Below are positions 51,165-63,648 of a stretch of DNA of 64,000 bases, piece after piece. The DNA comes from Squalus acanthias (taxonomy: Eukaryota), in assembly GCA_030390025.1 (NCBI GenBank), contig CM059432.1, positions 42,162,001-42,226,000 of the forward strand, read 5' to 3'. Below the pieces are notes generated by a model, which saw only the letters and a list, made by a program, of their open reading frames with translations, was not told where the DNA came from and searched no databases. Position 1 is the first letter of the stretch, and the number at the start of each line of letters is the position of its first letter. The position numbers were made by a program, and so were the translations under genes.

Positions 51165-51644
51165 TGTAAGCATCAACACAGGCCCCAAGAATTTTTTTTG
51201 TATCGGACATTTTGAATGACTGTTACTGCTGATTTGACCAGCAGCCTGTTTGGAGAAGATGGGAGGGGCCCAGGTGTTTGTGATGGACAGGAAATTCCAG
51301 CCAGGCCTACAAACTAATTATGGGAGAATGTCTGGGCAGACAGGATTCTCCAATGGGTCTGGGTAGGTGACTCATACGGCGACGAGCACCTCGATGAGAT
51401 AGCCCCGAAAGGCGGGAACCGGACAAAAGAGGGCCATTGTAAATGAATGGGAAGCCACTTAACCCAGGATCAGGTGAGAAGTGTGGCCCATCATCTGCCA
51501 TTAACACCAGCACCTAGATGGGATAGCCCCGAAAGGCGGGAAACCAGACAAAGAAGACAAAGAAGGGTGATTAAAAAGACATAACTGCAACTACACAGAC
51601 CTGAGAATGAACTTTTAGGGTATACAGAGAAGGCAGCTTTGGCC

Positions 51645-51682
<38 letters not shown>

Positions 51683-52254
51683 TGCTCTAAACCACCATGA
51701 GCGACAAGAGCCTTGCCTTGCTCTTCGACTGTAGGAACGAACCTCGAAACTGGGACTTGGATACTGCATCAGCGATACTGAACCAGGAGACACGTTCTAC
51801 ACAGGGAAGCAGCGAGCAAGAAAACGGACAATTGGGGTGAGCATTGTCCAAGCCCACGCATCCTTAAGACCACCAGTACTGTGTGAGGGGGTGTTGTGTG
51901 TCCCAACCAATCCAGAGGGGCTTAGTGGGGAGGTTCTGTGTGTATTATATAGTGTATGTTCCGGGGTTTGTGGGACAAGTCCATGTTATACTCTGTATAG
52001 CAACACAATGTGATTTTAGGCGTCTTAACACGAGACAGGGGCCTGTTCGACGGGCCAAGTTGTATTGTTGTACTGTTTGTTTTACGCCACCAGGCATTTT
52101 ACGTACTGGAGGCGGGTGTGTGTGTTAACCTTATTAAACACCATACGGTTGAGTCTGAAAAGCTTGTCTGTGTCCCAATCCTGTTCACCATAATTCCTGT
52201 CGTATAGAACTAAGTAGGAGAGGTGATTCGAACCACCAAGGCAAACCACCTACA
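51165..52254 (+). mobile_element. Solo LTR (1090 bp)
   Basis: TGTAAG...CCTACA, TSD TCGC (51161-64 / 52255-58); candidate TATA-like TATTATAT ~51944 and ATTAAA ~52133; removal restores Myb exon 3. Confidence 0.9.
51648..51679 (+). repeat. (CT)n microsatellite
   Basis: Direct dinucleotide run. Confidence 0.95.
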
Positions 52255-53767
52255 TCGCATAGGACCCACCAAGGTGTGCATCTCTGCACTGGTGCTGGGT
52301 GGCTCATTTCTGCTGACACTGCTCCCTCAGAGGCTGGAGGATCCTCTGAGGAGTGCTCCTGCTCTTCCTCCTGGACAGTAGGGGGCCGGGCTCTTGATGG
52401 TCCTGTGGGAGAGTAAAGACATGAGTTAGACATGTGATATGTAGATTGCAGACACATCCCATTGTGCACATGATGAGCATTCAATTTCTATTGACATCAG
52501 ATTCCAATCGAGTCACTCATGATTGCAAAATAAGATGTCTGGAAAATAATTGAACATTAGAACAGGTTGTTCTAATGAGCCTCTCTCTCTCCGTCCCCCA
52601 CTTCAGGCTGGTCAACTACTCCTGCGATGTCCAGAGCTGCCTCCTCAGTGCTGGTGAGCTCAGTCAGCGATGGTACTCCTCCTCCTGTTCTCTCCCTCGC
52701 CCTCTTATTGTGGGCTCTTTTCCTGCAATGAGGGAAAGAAGTGTAGTTTTAGTGAGAGTGATGGAATGAGTGTAAAGAATGGATAGGATAGATGTTTAGA
52801 GGGAGACTATGATGGAGTGGGGTGCCAATACCAAGTTGCCTCCTTTTGAGTTGTTAGTTGTTGTCATTGCATAACATTGAGGGTGAGTGTGAGGGGTGCA
52901 TAGTAAGGTGGGGATGTGATTCTGTAGATAGGGAGACAGGGATGCGTGATGGTGCTAGGGATGTTGGGGTGAGTTAGGATGTGCAGGAGTAGGGATGGCA
53001 ATGCAGAGTGATAGGGATGTGATGACAGCCACAGCAGAATTAAGGTAAGTGTGCTTTTATACTCACTTTTTCTGAACGCAGGAGATCATTGAACCTCTTC
53101 CTACATTGCACCCAGGTGCGAACAACAACAGGCCTTGCAGTGACCTCCTCAGCTATTTGCAGCCAGGCTGCCTTGGTCTGGTGAGGAGGTCTCCTCCTTC
53201 CATTCCCAGGGAATAGAGCTTCCCTGCGTCCTCTGACTCCCTCCACAAGAACATGGAGGGAGTCATCGTTGAAGCGCGGCGCAGCCCTCTGTCTCTTGCA
53301 ATCAAGCAGCACTCAGGAGTGTGGAAGTAGAAGTGAGAGCAAATGGGGACATGGCCCCCTTAAATACAACGGCAGCAAACGCGTCCTCAGAGGAGCTGAA
53401 CAGACCCGCACCTAGTGATTGGCCCGTGAAACGTGCACCGAGGGCTTAACAAGCCCAATCAGCGGAAAATTGTTTGACCAGAGCGGCTGCAGCCGGGAGC
53501 GGGACCGGAACCCGTCAACTACCTCTCCCGCCGCGAACCCGCCTCAGCTGGGAAAATCCAGCCCTTATAGTGAGGGTTCAGTGCTGCTAAAACTTAGCCT
53601 AGGTTTTAACACGAAAATGTTGTAGTATGTAATGTAATCTAACTTCTCTGAAGACAACCTTCACAATCATACTAACTTACTTCTTCCCCTCACAAACACA
53701 GTCATAAAGAACTATAGTTTATGATATGATTGATCTAATTTTCACCTGCTAGAACAGATACAATTAA

Positions 53768-53897
53768 TGTTGCGGAGATGCCGGCGTTGGACTGGGGTGG
53801 ACAAAAATGAGAAGTCGCACAACACCAGGTTATAGTCCAACAGATTTATTTAAAATTACAAGCTTTCGGAGCTATCGATCGCCCCTTCTTCAGGTAA
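53768..53897 (-). mobile_element. Penelope-like terminal repeat remnant
   Basis: Minus strand CTGAAGAAGG..CCGAAAGCTT..AATAAATCTGTTGGACTATAACCTGGTGTTGTG..CCCCAGTCCAACGCCGGCATCTCC. Confidence 0.7.
53856..53897 (-). ncRNA. Minimal type I hammerhead ribozyme motif
   Basis: UUAC-CUGAAGA-A-GGGGC(GAUCGAUA)GCUCC-GAAA-GCUU-GUAA: core boxes, 5-bp stem II, 4-bp stem I, palindromic AAGCUU in place of stem III. Confidence 0.65.
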
Positions 53898-54405
53898 AGT
53901 TACTATGAGTGAATCTACAAAAATTCACAGAATATAAACACAGAAAAAATGCAGAGATACAATCTTTCCTTACATCAAAGACACACCAAGAGCACACCAA
54001 GATACAATTAAAACAGCAAAGTTAAACTGAAGACAGAAAGCATAGTCTGTGCTGGAATTGGCAAACTACCAACCATTTCCTTTTGGTGAAAGGATCCAAC
54101 TGCATCCTTTGAAAACAACTGAGATTTATTTTGTACAATCAAAGTCCTGTGGGTTTCCTCTCCCAGACAAAATGTTTTTGTCTCCTGGGAAAATGGTGGA
54201 GATGTTGTTTACTCACTATCTTCCTGATTTTATTTGTAAGGTGAACTGTGGTAAATTTCTGCAATGATGAATGAAATGAAAAATAGATCAAAATGCACAA
54301 AGCAAAAGAATTATAACTACCGAGAACAAGAAAATATTCTGAATATTCGACATGCTGAGATTTACATTGTTTAAATTATATCCTGTATATATTTTACATT
54401 ATTAT

Positions 54406-54830
54406 GGCCCTGAAATCCCTGGGAGCCAACTCTGCTGGCGCAAGTGCAGCAGAGCAGTGCCCTCTTCCACTGTAGCCCGGGGATGGAATCATTTGAATGA
54501 CTGAGGTGGGCTGTCTGTGTATGCAAGGTGCATTAGCGGCTCCAGCCCTGAAATGCCAGCTGGGATATTGAAGCGGCACCATGCCAATATAACGGCAGGC
54601 AGGAGGCCCAGCAAGGCCCTGAAGAAATTTTATTCTTCACCCCTTCTGCTCCCAATGGAGTACATGGGCCTCTTTGGGCAAGTAGTTGATCCAACTTGTA
54701 AAGGGCAGAATTCCCAGGGTAGTCCAAGAACTCCCCAGATACACATTTCTGATATGGTGGCTAGGTGGAAGATCTGCTCCTTACTGGAATTTAAAGGGCC
54801 ACAGTAAATGTGGCAGAATCCAGGCAAAAC
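54406..54830. mobile_element. Decayed Harbinger-type MITE
   Basis: Starts TAT|GGCCCTGAAATCCC; right end unclear. Confidence 0.4.
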
Positions 54831-55119
54831 TGCGTTCCACCTCTGGCCTCAGGCAAAACTGTATATACACCAGGATCATCTTGGACAGCAGGAACAACTC
54901 TAGGTACTTGCTTTTTCATGACCAACTACCTCTTTAAACCCCTCTCCCCCAACCCCTCCACCTTAATGTCAAACACCAAATGTGAGGAGCTTAAAGATTT
55001 CTTCACCTCTAAGATTGTGACCATCACCAGAGCTGCTCTTGCTCCATACTCAGCTTCTTCCTGCCTAAGTCCTCAAACTCCCTCAGTTTTTCATCAACTC
55101 TAGCCCTGAACATTTGTTG

Positions 55120-55668
55120 TTTTTCCCAAAGCCTCTCCACCACATACAAAGCACAGTTCAAGAGTGTGATGGAATCCTTCCCATTTGCAATGGGTGTAAT
55201 TGCAGTAACACTCAAGACGCTCATCATCATCCAGAATAAAGCAGTCCACTTGATCAGCACTTCATCCACTAGCCTAAATATTCACTCCCTCCACCACCGG
55301 CATAGCATGGCTGCAGTGTGTACTATCTATAAGATTCACTGCCGCAAGTTGCCGAGGTTTCTTCGGCAGCACCTCCCAACCTGTGATCTCCACCACCTAG
55401 AAGGACAGGGCAGCAGGTGCATGGGAGCACCATCACCTCCAAGTTCCCTTCCAAATCATACACCACCCTGACTTAGACTTATATTGTCATCCCTTTGTCT
55501 TTACTGGGTCAAAGTCTTGGAACTCTCTACCTAACAGCATTGTGGGAGCACCTTCACCACATGCACTACCGATTCAAGTGGAAGGCCTTGTAACGGAAAC
55601 TAGGAATGAGCAATAAATGCAGCATTTCCAGTGACATTCACACCCAAGAATGAAGAAAAATAAAAAAA
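55120..55668 (+). mobile_element. LINE family B 3' end nested in L2
   Basis: IQNKAVHLI..LNIHSLHHRHSMAAVCTIYKIHC; 3' GAGCAATAAATGC..AATGAAGAAAA. Confidence 0.85.
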
Positions 55669-56071
55669 TCTCCCCTTCCTTCACCCCACCCTTTCCAAAT
55701 TGATCTCATCTGTGAGACTCACCTCCTGCTCCCTCAATCTTCTCTCCACACAACCTCTAATAACTCAACTCCTTTTCTAACAACGTGCTAGCTGCCTTTG
55801 TCAATGGTGATCTTTGCTCAGGCCCATCTTTCTCCCCTTCAAGATTGTTGTCATTTCACCAAAATCAAAAAAAAAACATCCTTGACCCATCTGCCCTCTC
55901 CATCTACCATTCCATCTCTAACCTCCCTTTCCTCACTAAGATTCTTGAACTTGTTGTGGCCTCCAGCTCTGTGGCCATTACTACTGAAACCCCCTGCTCA
56001 AATTACTCCAGACTGGCTTCCGCTCTTTCCATAGCACCAAACCAACCATGGTCAAAGTCATGAATGACATT

Positions 56072-56316
56072 GTCTTCACCCAGAGAGTGGTGAACCTGTG
56101 GAATTCTCTACCACAGAAGACAGTTGAGTCCAATTCATTAAATATATTCAAGAAGGAGTTCAATATATTTCTTAAGGTTAAGGGGATCAAGGGATATGGG
56201 GAGAAAGCAGGGACAGGGTACTGAATTTGGATGATCAGCCATGATCGCATTGAATGGCGGAGCAGGCTCGAGGGGCCGAATGGCCTACTCCTGCTCCTAT
56301 CTTCTATGTTTCTATG
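56072..56316 (+). mobile_element. CR1 3' end nested in L2
   Basis: TTCACCCAGAGAGTGGTGAACCTGTGGAATTC..(TTCTATGT)n; very similar to 60266-60520. Confidence 0.95.
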
Positions 56317-58186
56317 GTGTATTATCCCTCCTCATGCTCTTCAACCTTTCTGCTGCATTCCACACAGTATAATGTGTCATCCTCCTCAAGCAGCTCTCCT
56401 CTATTGTCCAGCTCAATGGAATTGCCCTTTCATGGCCCCATTCCTATGAACACAGCCAGTGAATTCCAAGCAATGGCTTCTCTTCTATCTCCCATGTTGT
56501 CATTTACAGAGTCCCCCAAGGATTTATCCTCAGCTCCCCCACTTCCTTATCTACATGCTGCCCCTCAGCAACATTAAACACAGGCATGGGGTCAGCTTCC
56601 ACATGCATTCTGATGATATCCAACTCTACATCTCCATCACTTTTCTTAACCACTCCACCATCCCCATGCTGTCAGGCTGCTTATTTGATATCATGTCCTA
56701 GATGAGTCAGAAACTTTCTGCAGCTCAGCATCAGGAAGATTGAAGCCATTGGAGATGCAGTGTGTTGGAGCAACAATGTCATGGAGTGGTGGAATGCAAG
56801 TTTATTTTTCAAAACGATTTAACCCTAAACTTAGCTGTGCTATTTGCAGCAGATGGCAAGTAATATTTGCCACAAGATGGAGGGAATATCAGAAGGAGAT
56901 TGCTCGTTGTTGCTCTCTTATATCATTGCAGCTGGCTCAGAGCATTGCTGGGAATCAATTTCTTCTCGGCAGACTACTGATGGCCCAAAAAAAACACGGG
57001 GGAACTGAAGAGAAACAGGAAGTCTCAGAACGCTCCAGAAAATGCACATTCTGCTGAGTTCTGCTCTTTTGGCAAAATAAAGATATTATTTTTCAGGATT
57101 AACTTGTGAAATTGAGGAGATCACCTTTAATTGATCCCCACCTATCTGAAACCTTGTCAATATTTTCTGACACAAATGAAAAATGTAATATTCAAGGTGG
57201 AAGAAAGGTAAATAAAATATGGCACAAAATTCTTTTTTCCAGTTCATTGATCAGTAATTGTATATTTGAGGTTATCTGGCAAAACAGAGCCTGAAATCAT
57301 TATAATTAAACAAAAAAAACCCCAAGGATGAAGCCAAAAAGTTGGAACCAAACCATTTTCTAAGCCTAGCAGAAAAGGTTTGAACTTACAGAAGGAATTA
57401 TTAAACACAGTAGTTAATTAAAACAGGCTGTTTCAGTTGGCTGACTACTGGGCATTAATTCCCAGCAGAGTTCTGTGCATTGATAATTTAAATATAAAAA
57501 TGGCTGTATTTTTAAATGGGACCACAAAGTATGGAAGTCTGAACTATCAATTATTGACTGCAGTATAGGAATGCATCTGCTCTGTGTTGGAATAAAGGAC
57601 CTCAAGCTAATTAAACTCTGCATCAATTCTATCTGTCCCTTAGTCCAGCATGGAACATTTGTATTCTTACACAATAGCCATAATAATGAAATATGAAGGC
57701 ATGCATTATACGGAAATCAATTATTAATATTAATGCATGAATGGTTTTTGTAAGCCTATGGCAACAAATCATGTAAAAGTAAATCCTCTCAGTCTATCAC
57801 TGTATGAATTCACTTAGTGGCAACACTAAGGAGAGAGCAGAGATGATTCTAGCTCTTCCCCTGTGAATTGACTCCTGACCACCCCCTCCCTCTGTTTGCC
57901 TCTCTTCTCGGCTTAAGCTAAATTTAACACTGCACTGAGCTCTGATATTAATACAGAATTTAACACTTTGTTGTATTCTGCTTTATACATTACATACATT
58001 GGTAGTTTGCAGTTAATCCAAGAACCCATCATATCCGCATCAAAAGTAATTGATTAAATGTAAGGAACCTTAAATGTTATAAAAGCAAGAGAATTTTGTA
58101 ATTTGTCTGACATTCTGAAGCTCTTCATTGTGTGTGTGTGTTGAAAGGTGCTGAAGTGCGATGAGGCAAATCTTAGTTTTCATGGT

Positions 58187-59870
58187 ATACAGAAATACGA
58201 GAAAACCAAGGGTGTGGCGAGAATGAGGAACTTAAAGAAATTATTATTAGTAAAAAAACAGTACTAGCAAAATTAACGGGACTAAAAGTCGATAAATCCC
58301 AAGGACCGGATGACCTACATCCGAGGGTTTTGAAAGAGGTGGCCATTGGGATAGTGGATGCATTGGTTGTCATCTTCCAAAATTCTATAGATTCTGGAAT
58401 GGTTCCTGCAGATTGGAGGATAGCAAATGTAACCCCGCTATTTAAGAAAGGAGGGAGAGAGAAAACGGGGAACTACAGACCTGTTAGCCTCACATCAGTA
58501 GTTGGGAAAATGCTGGAATCTATTATAAAGGATGCAATAACTGGGCACTTAGAAACTAATAGTAAGATTGGGCAGAGTCAACATGGATTTATGAAAGGGA
58601 AATCCTGTTTGACAAACCTATTGGAGTTCTTTGAGGATGTAACTAGTGGAGTAGACAAAGGGGAACTGGTAGATGTGGTGTATCTGGATTTTCAGAAGGC
58701 CTTCGATAAAGTCCCACACAAGAGGTTGGTGAAAAAAATTAGGGCGCATGGAATTGTGAGTAATATACTAGCATGGATTGAGAATTGGTTAACAGACAGA
58801 AAACAAAGAGTAGGGATAAACGGGTCTTTTTCAGAATGGCAGGCTGTGATTAGTGGGGTACCATAAGGATCAGTTCTTGGGCCCCAGCTATTCACAATCT
58901 ATATCAATGATTTGGATGAGGGGACTAAATGTAACATTTCCAAATTTGCTGATGACACAAAGCTAGGTGGCAGTGTCAGTTGCGAAGAGGATGTGAAGAG
59001 GCTTCAAGGGGATCTTGACAGGCTCAGTGAGTGGGCGAGAACATGGCAGATAGAATATAATGTGGATAAATGTGAAGTTATCCACTTTGGTAGAAAAAAC
59101 AGAAAGGCAGAGTATTTGCTAAATGGTGAAAGATTGGGGAATGCAGATGCTCAAAGGGACTTGGGTGTCCTTGTACATGAGTCACTGAAAGTGAATGTGC
59201 AGGTGCAGCAAGCCATTAGGAAGGCAAATGGTATGCTGGCCTTTATTACAAGAGGATTTGAGTGCAGGAGTAAAGAAGTCTTACTCCAATTATATAGGGC
59301 CTTGGTGAGACCACACCTGGAGTACTGTGTACAATTTTGGTCTCCTTACCTAAGGAAGGATATACTTGCCATACGAAGGTTCACGAGATTGATTCCTGGG
59401 ATGGTGGAACTGTCGTATGAGAAGAGATTGAGTAAACTAGGCCTGTATTCTCTTGAATTCAGAAGAATGAGAGGGGATCTCATTGAAGCATACAAAATTA
59501 TTACAGGGCTTGATAGGGTGAATGCTGGGAGGATGTTTCCCTTGGCTGGGGAGTCTAGAACCAGGGGCCACAGCCTCAGGATAAAGGGTAGGCCATTCAG
59601 GACTGAGACGAGAAGAAATTTCTTCACACAGAGGGTGGTGAATCTTTGGAATTGTCTACCCCAGAGGGCTGTGGAGGCTCAGTTATTGGGTATACTCAAA
59701 ACAGAAGTCGATAGATTTCTGACTAGTAAAGGCATCAAGGGATATGGCGATAGGGCCAGTGAATGAAGTTGAGGCAGAAGATCAGCCATGATCTCATTGA
59801 ATGGCGGAGCAGGCTCGAAGGGCCGAATGGCCTATGCCTGCTCCTATTTCTTATGTTTTTATGTTCTTAC
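58187..59870 (+). mobile_element. CR1 LINE, 1.7-kb 3' portion with nearly intact RT
   Basis: KSQGPDDLHPRVLKE..NYRPVSLTSVVGK..YLDFQKAFDKVPH..GVP*GSVLGP..FADDTKL..; stop at 58864; CTTATG tail. Confidence 0.95.
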
Positions 59871-60217
59871 AACAACAAGAAGAAGAACAACAACAACTGT
59901 AACTAGTCTTTCTGGATTGTTTCCATAAATCTGCGAGTTTTTCATTGGTAATTTTCAAGCCACTTTCCTCACTTTTGATTTGTACATTTCCTACCTCTTC
60001 ATTTCTGATTGGCTCAAAGTAATTACCAGCAAATCAGCAAAAAAAGATAACATGCGGCATTACAGGAAGTAAGTGTTGCACATCAGGAAGCTGTAAGATA
60101 TTTAATATATAACGAATGTATCTCTTGTGGCATTGCTCATGGTAAGTTGTAACATATGGGGGCTGATTTTCATTTGTAACATAGGTTGGGCGGGCAGTGG
60201 ATGGCACCTGCCTGATG

Positions 60218-62365
60218 ATTTTGATGGGTCTTCTTAAATATTGGAGGTGAGCTGCTGGCGCTAATCATAGAAACATAGAAACATAGAAGATAGGAGCAGG
60301 AGTAGGCCATTCGGCCCCTCGAGCCTGCTCCGCCATTCGATGAGATCATGGCTGATCATTCAAACTCAGTACCCTGTACCTGCCTTCTCCCCATATCCCT
60401 TGATACCTTTAGCCTTAAGAAATATATCTAACTCCTTCTTGAATATATTTACTGACTTGGCCTCAACTGCCTTCTGTGGTAGAGAATTCCACAGGTTCAC
60501 CACTCTCTGGGTGAAGAAATTCCTCCTCATTTCTGTCCTAAATGGCTTACCCCTTATCTTTAGACTGTGACCTCTTGTTCTGGACTCACCCGCCATCGGG
60601 AACATCCTTCCTGATCCAGTCTGTCTAGCCCTGTTAGAATTTTATAAGTTTCAATGAGATCTCCTCTCATTCTTCTAAACTCCAGCGAGTATAAGCCCAA
60701 TCGACCCAATCTCTCCTCGTACGTCATTCCTGCCATCCCAGGTATCAGTCTGGTGAATCTTCGCTGCACAGCCTCCATGGCAAGAACATCCTTCCTCAGA
60801 TAAGGCGACCAAAACTGCACACAATACTCAAGGTGTGGTCTCACCAAGGCCCTGTACAGCTGCAGCAAGACATCCTTGTTCCTGTACTCAAACCCTCTCA
60901 CTACGAAGGCCAACATACCATTTGCCTTCTTAACCGCCTGCTGAACCTGCATGCTTACCTTCAGCGACTGGTGCACAAGGACACCCAGGTCTCGTTGCAC
61001 TTCCGCTTCTCCCAATCTATTGCCGTTCAGATAATAATCTGCCTTTCTGTTGCTTATTGGCAGCTCACTGATTGGGAGTGCAGGAAATCTAGCAATCCTT
61101 CCTTCTCCGCTTCACAAACATCTCCATAATCACAATAGGACATTGTGCTACATCTCCATCTACTTGCACTTACACACCCAACACCTGCAACAACCCTAAC
61201 AACTTCTTCTCCTTCTTGCCCACACCTGCTACTTCTTCCTCTCATCAGGCACACTATGTTAAGCTTCCTCAGGCACCATCATACCCCTTCAATAGGGCAC
61301 ACTCTTCTTGCAGGAGAAGCTGGTGCACAATTGGAGGGACACCTCAAGAACAGGAAGAGGTCCCGCCAGGTTGCAAACATTGACTCCAATGGAGGACACG
61401 ACCATCACTGTCATTGGCAGATGGAGGATACACCGCACTGAAGATGGCGAGGCTGGTGGCCACACACGGAAGAGTATTTGGGTATTTTTCCTTCTGTTTC
61501 TCTTTCCACAACCCTCTAGCTCACACACTCACGCACACAGCATGACAACTTGGGACTTCATTGCACTGTCACTCATCTGCTACTGCTTACCCATGCCATT
61601 ACGTGCTAACCCATGTCCCTCTGCCCTTTTTCTAGGTTTTTCAGATGACTTCGGCCCTGCAGCTGCACAGATAGATGAACACAACCACAACATGTCAGAG
61701 AATGCATTGGAGCACACTACCAACTTGTGTGGAGTTCTGGCACATGACATCAACACTCTGCAGCCAACCATGGAGTGTGTGGTCACCTCAATGGACACTG
61801 TAGCTGTGCACCCACCTGCAGGAGTCTGTGGCGCCAGTAACAGCATCTCTCAGGGATGCTCAAACTAGGGTCATGTAGGCTCCGGCTCCACCATCTCTTC
61901 TGCCTTGGACAGGCTGGGAGACCGAATGGATAGAGGCTTCAATCGCATCACAGATATCCTGCAATCTTCTCTGCAGATCGGTGGGAGTGCAGTTGTGCAA
62001 TGGTGGGAGTGCCTATAGCAGGAGCAGTTGTGCAATGGGAGTGGAATATGTTGCGCTGTCTCAGGAAGACAGCACCCTCGGTGCCCCTTCAACCAATACC
62101 AGAGAGCCAGCTGGGCCGCAATGCTCCAGCATTTGCCAAGTTGCAACAGTCTGCAGCCAGGCTTACTGACCACAAGCATCTCAAGAGCCTTTGTCTGAGC
62201 CACAGCAGCCTTCCACCCCGCAAACTGAAGCCACTGGGGGAGATCCTCATCGGAATAGTAGAGCAGGTAAGAAAGCACTTAAGAAAGGCACTCTGGATTC
62301 ATACCTGGGTGATAATTAATTTGCAGGCATTAGTGTAAGCCAGTAAAATGATAAATGATAAATCT
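60218..62365 (+). mobile_element. Decayed Harbinger with Myb exon 2 (61313-~61474) and exon 3 (from ~61637), CR1 nested
   Basis: Terminus [49 protein letters not shown]-terminal GAAGCCACTGGGGGA motif as in other copies. Confidence 0.7.
60266..61052 (-). mobile_element. Young CR1 3' portion
   Basis: QRDLGVLVHQSLK..LVRPHLEYCVQFWSP..NFFTQRVVNLWNSLP; (TTCTATGT)n tail; one frameshift. Confidence 0.95.
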
Positions 62366-62977
62366 GCTGTACATGGACCATGTACAGCAGGCACCTCAAA
62401 GCACTGGAGAGGTACCACCAATGCTGCCTCCACAAGATCCTGCAAATCCATTGGCAGGATAGGCGTACCAACGTCAGTGTTCTCGCTCAGGCCAACATCC
62501 CCAGCATCGAAGCTTTGACCACGCTCAATCAGCTCCGATGGACGGGTCACATTGTCCGCATGCCCGATACGAGACTCCCAAAACAAGTGCTCTACTCGGA
62601 GCTCTGACACGACAAGAGAGCCCCAGGTGGGCAGAGGAAACGCTTCAAGGACACCCTCCAAGCCTCCTTGAAAAAGTGCAACATCCCCACTGACACCTGG
62701 GAATCCCTGGCCCAAAAGTGGAGGAGAAGCATCCGGGAAGGTGCCGAACACCTCGAGTATCTTCGCCGGGAGCAAGCGGAAGCCAAGCACAAGCAGCGCA
62801 AGGAGCGCTCGTCAACCCAAGCACCCCACCCACCTGCCCCTTCATCCACCGTCTGCCACACCTGTGACAGAGACTGTAGGTCCCGCATTGGACTCATCAG
62901 TCACCTGAGAAATCATTTTTAATGTGGAAGCAAGTCATCCTCGGTTCCGAGGGACTGCCTCAGAAGAAGAAGAAGAA
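62366..62977 (+). mobile_element. RTE-clade LINE 3' end
   Basis: RHLKALERYHQ..QLRWTGHIVRMPDTRLPKQVLYSEL..GGQRKRFKDTL..CHTCDRDCRSRIGLISHLRNH; (AGA)n tail; AAATCT on both sides as possible TSD. Confidence 0.9.
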
Positions 62978-62989
62978 ATCTTTGTGTGC

Positions 62990-63617
62990 TGTAGGACATG
63001 CAGAATTAAACCTCGCTCCGTCCAACAGGTTATAGAGTTCGGACTTGAGACTTATGAGAAATTACACGAGACACACGGGTTCTGATTTTAACCTTTTATT
63101 GTTCCAAAGACAGATTCAAAACCCCAACCACTATTCGAGCAGTACACCAATAATGTTACAAGAAATCATACATACAACCACTCACAGATGATCAGTCCAG
63201 CATTGATTGTAGGCTACTTACTTTCGACTGCAGCTCTTCGTCTTTCGACTGCAGCGCTTTGAGTTGGGTTGACCAGCCAGGCCCCTCCTTCTGACTGCAA
63301 TGCCGATATTTTTAGTCACTGGTTTTTTTATACAGTTTTCCTTGCCTTTTTCAGTAAATCAATCATTCAGAGATTGTGAGATGTTCCTTTAATGTTCGAC
63401 CTAAGTTGTTTGAGCTGTCAAACTTTCACACTCACACATCCTGTGTGGTTATCCGTTAGTTGCCTTTATCAAAGCCCAAAATTATTCATTCACTCATAAA
63501 AGTTTACAAAAGCGGCAGAAAACCACTTGGTCACATTTCACATATTACGTTGCATCCTGTATTTCAGAACTTCAAAGGTTTGACTCCTCCCCTTCAGCCA
63601 CCAAAAGTCATTCTACA
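62990..63617 (-). mobile_element. Putative solo LTR (628 bp)
   Basis: TGTAG...CTACA inverted termini, minus-strand AATAAA ~63095; flanks (GTGC / ACTT) do not form a TSD. Confidence 0.4.
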
Positions 63618-63648
63618 ACTTTGTGGCCTGTTTTGTTGTAGACACAAA

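Larger units (their letters stand above)
50342..53309 (-). pseudogene. Harbinger Myb/SANT plus coiled-coil gene, 3 exons (~53309-53067, 52722-~52565, 52402-50342), exon 3 split by LTR
   Basis: AAPRFNDDSLHVLVEG..AAWLQIAEEV..RTWVQCRKRFNDL; donor GTGAGT; acceptors TTGCAG and CCACAG at the same positions as in 13025-14986. Confidence 0.85.
48280..53564. mobile_element. Full-length (dead) PIF/Harbinger transposon, ~4.2 kb without nested LTR
   Basis: Termini GGCCACGATTTTGCC / GGGAAAATCCAGCCC, subterminal GGCGGGTTCG inverted motifs, convergent transposase and Myb genes. Confidence 0.9.
54870..56750 (+). mobile_element. Old L2 RT fragment with two nested LINE insertions
   Basis: IILDSRNN, KCEELKDFFTSKI, LDPSALSIYHSISNLPFLTKILE, HGVSFHMHSDDIQLYIS. 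Confidence 0.8.
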
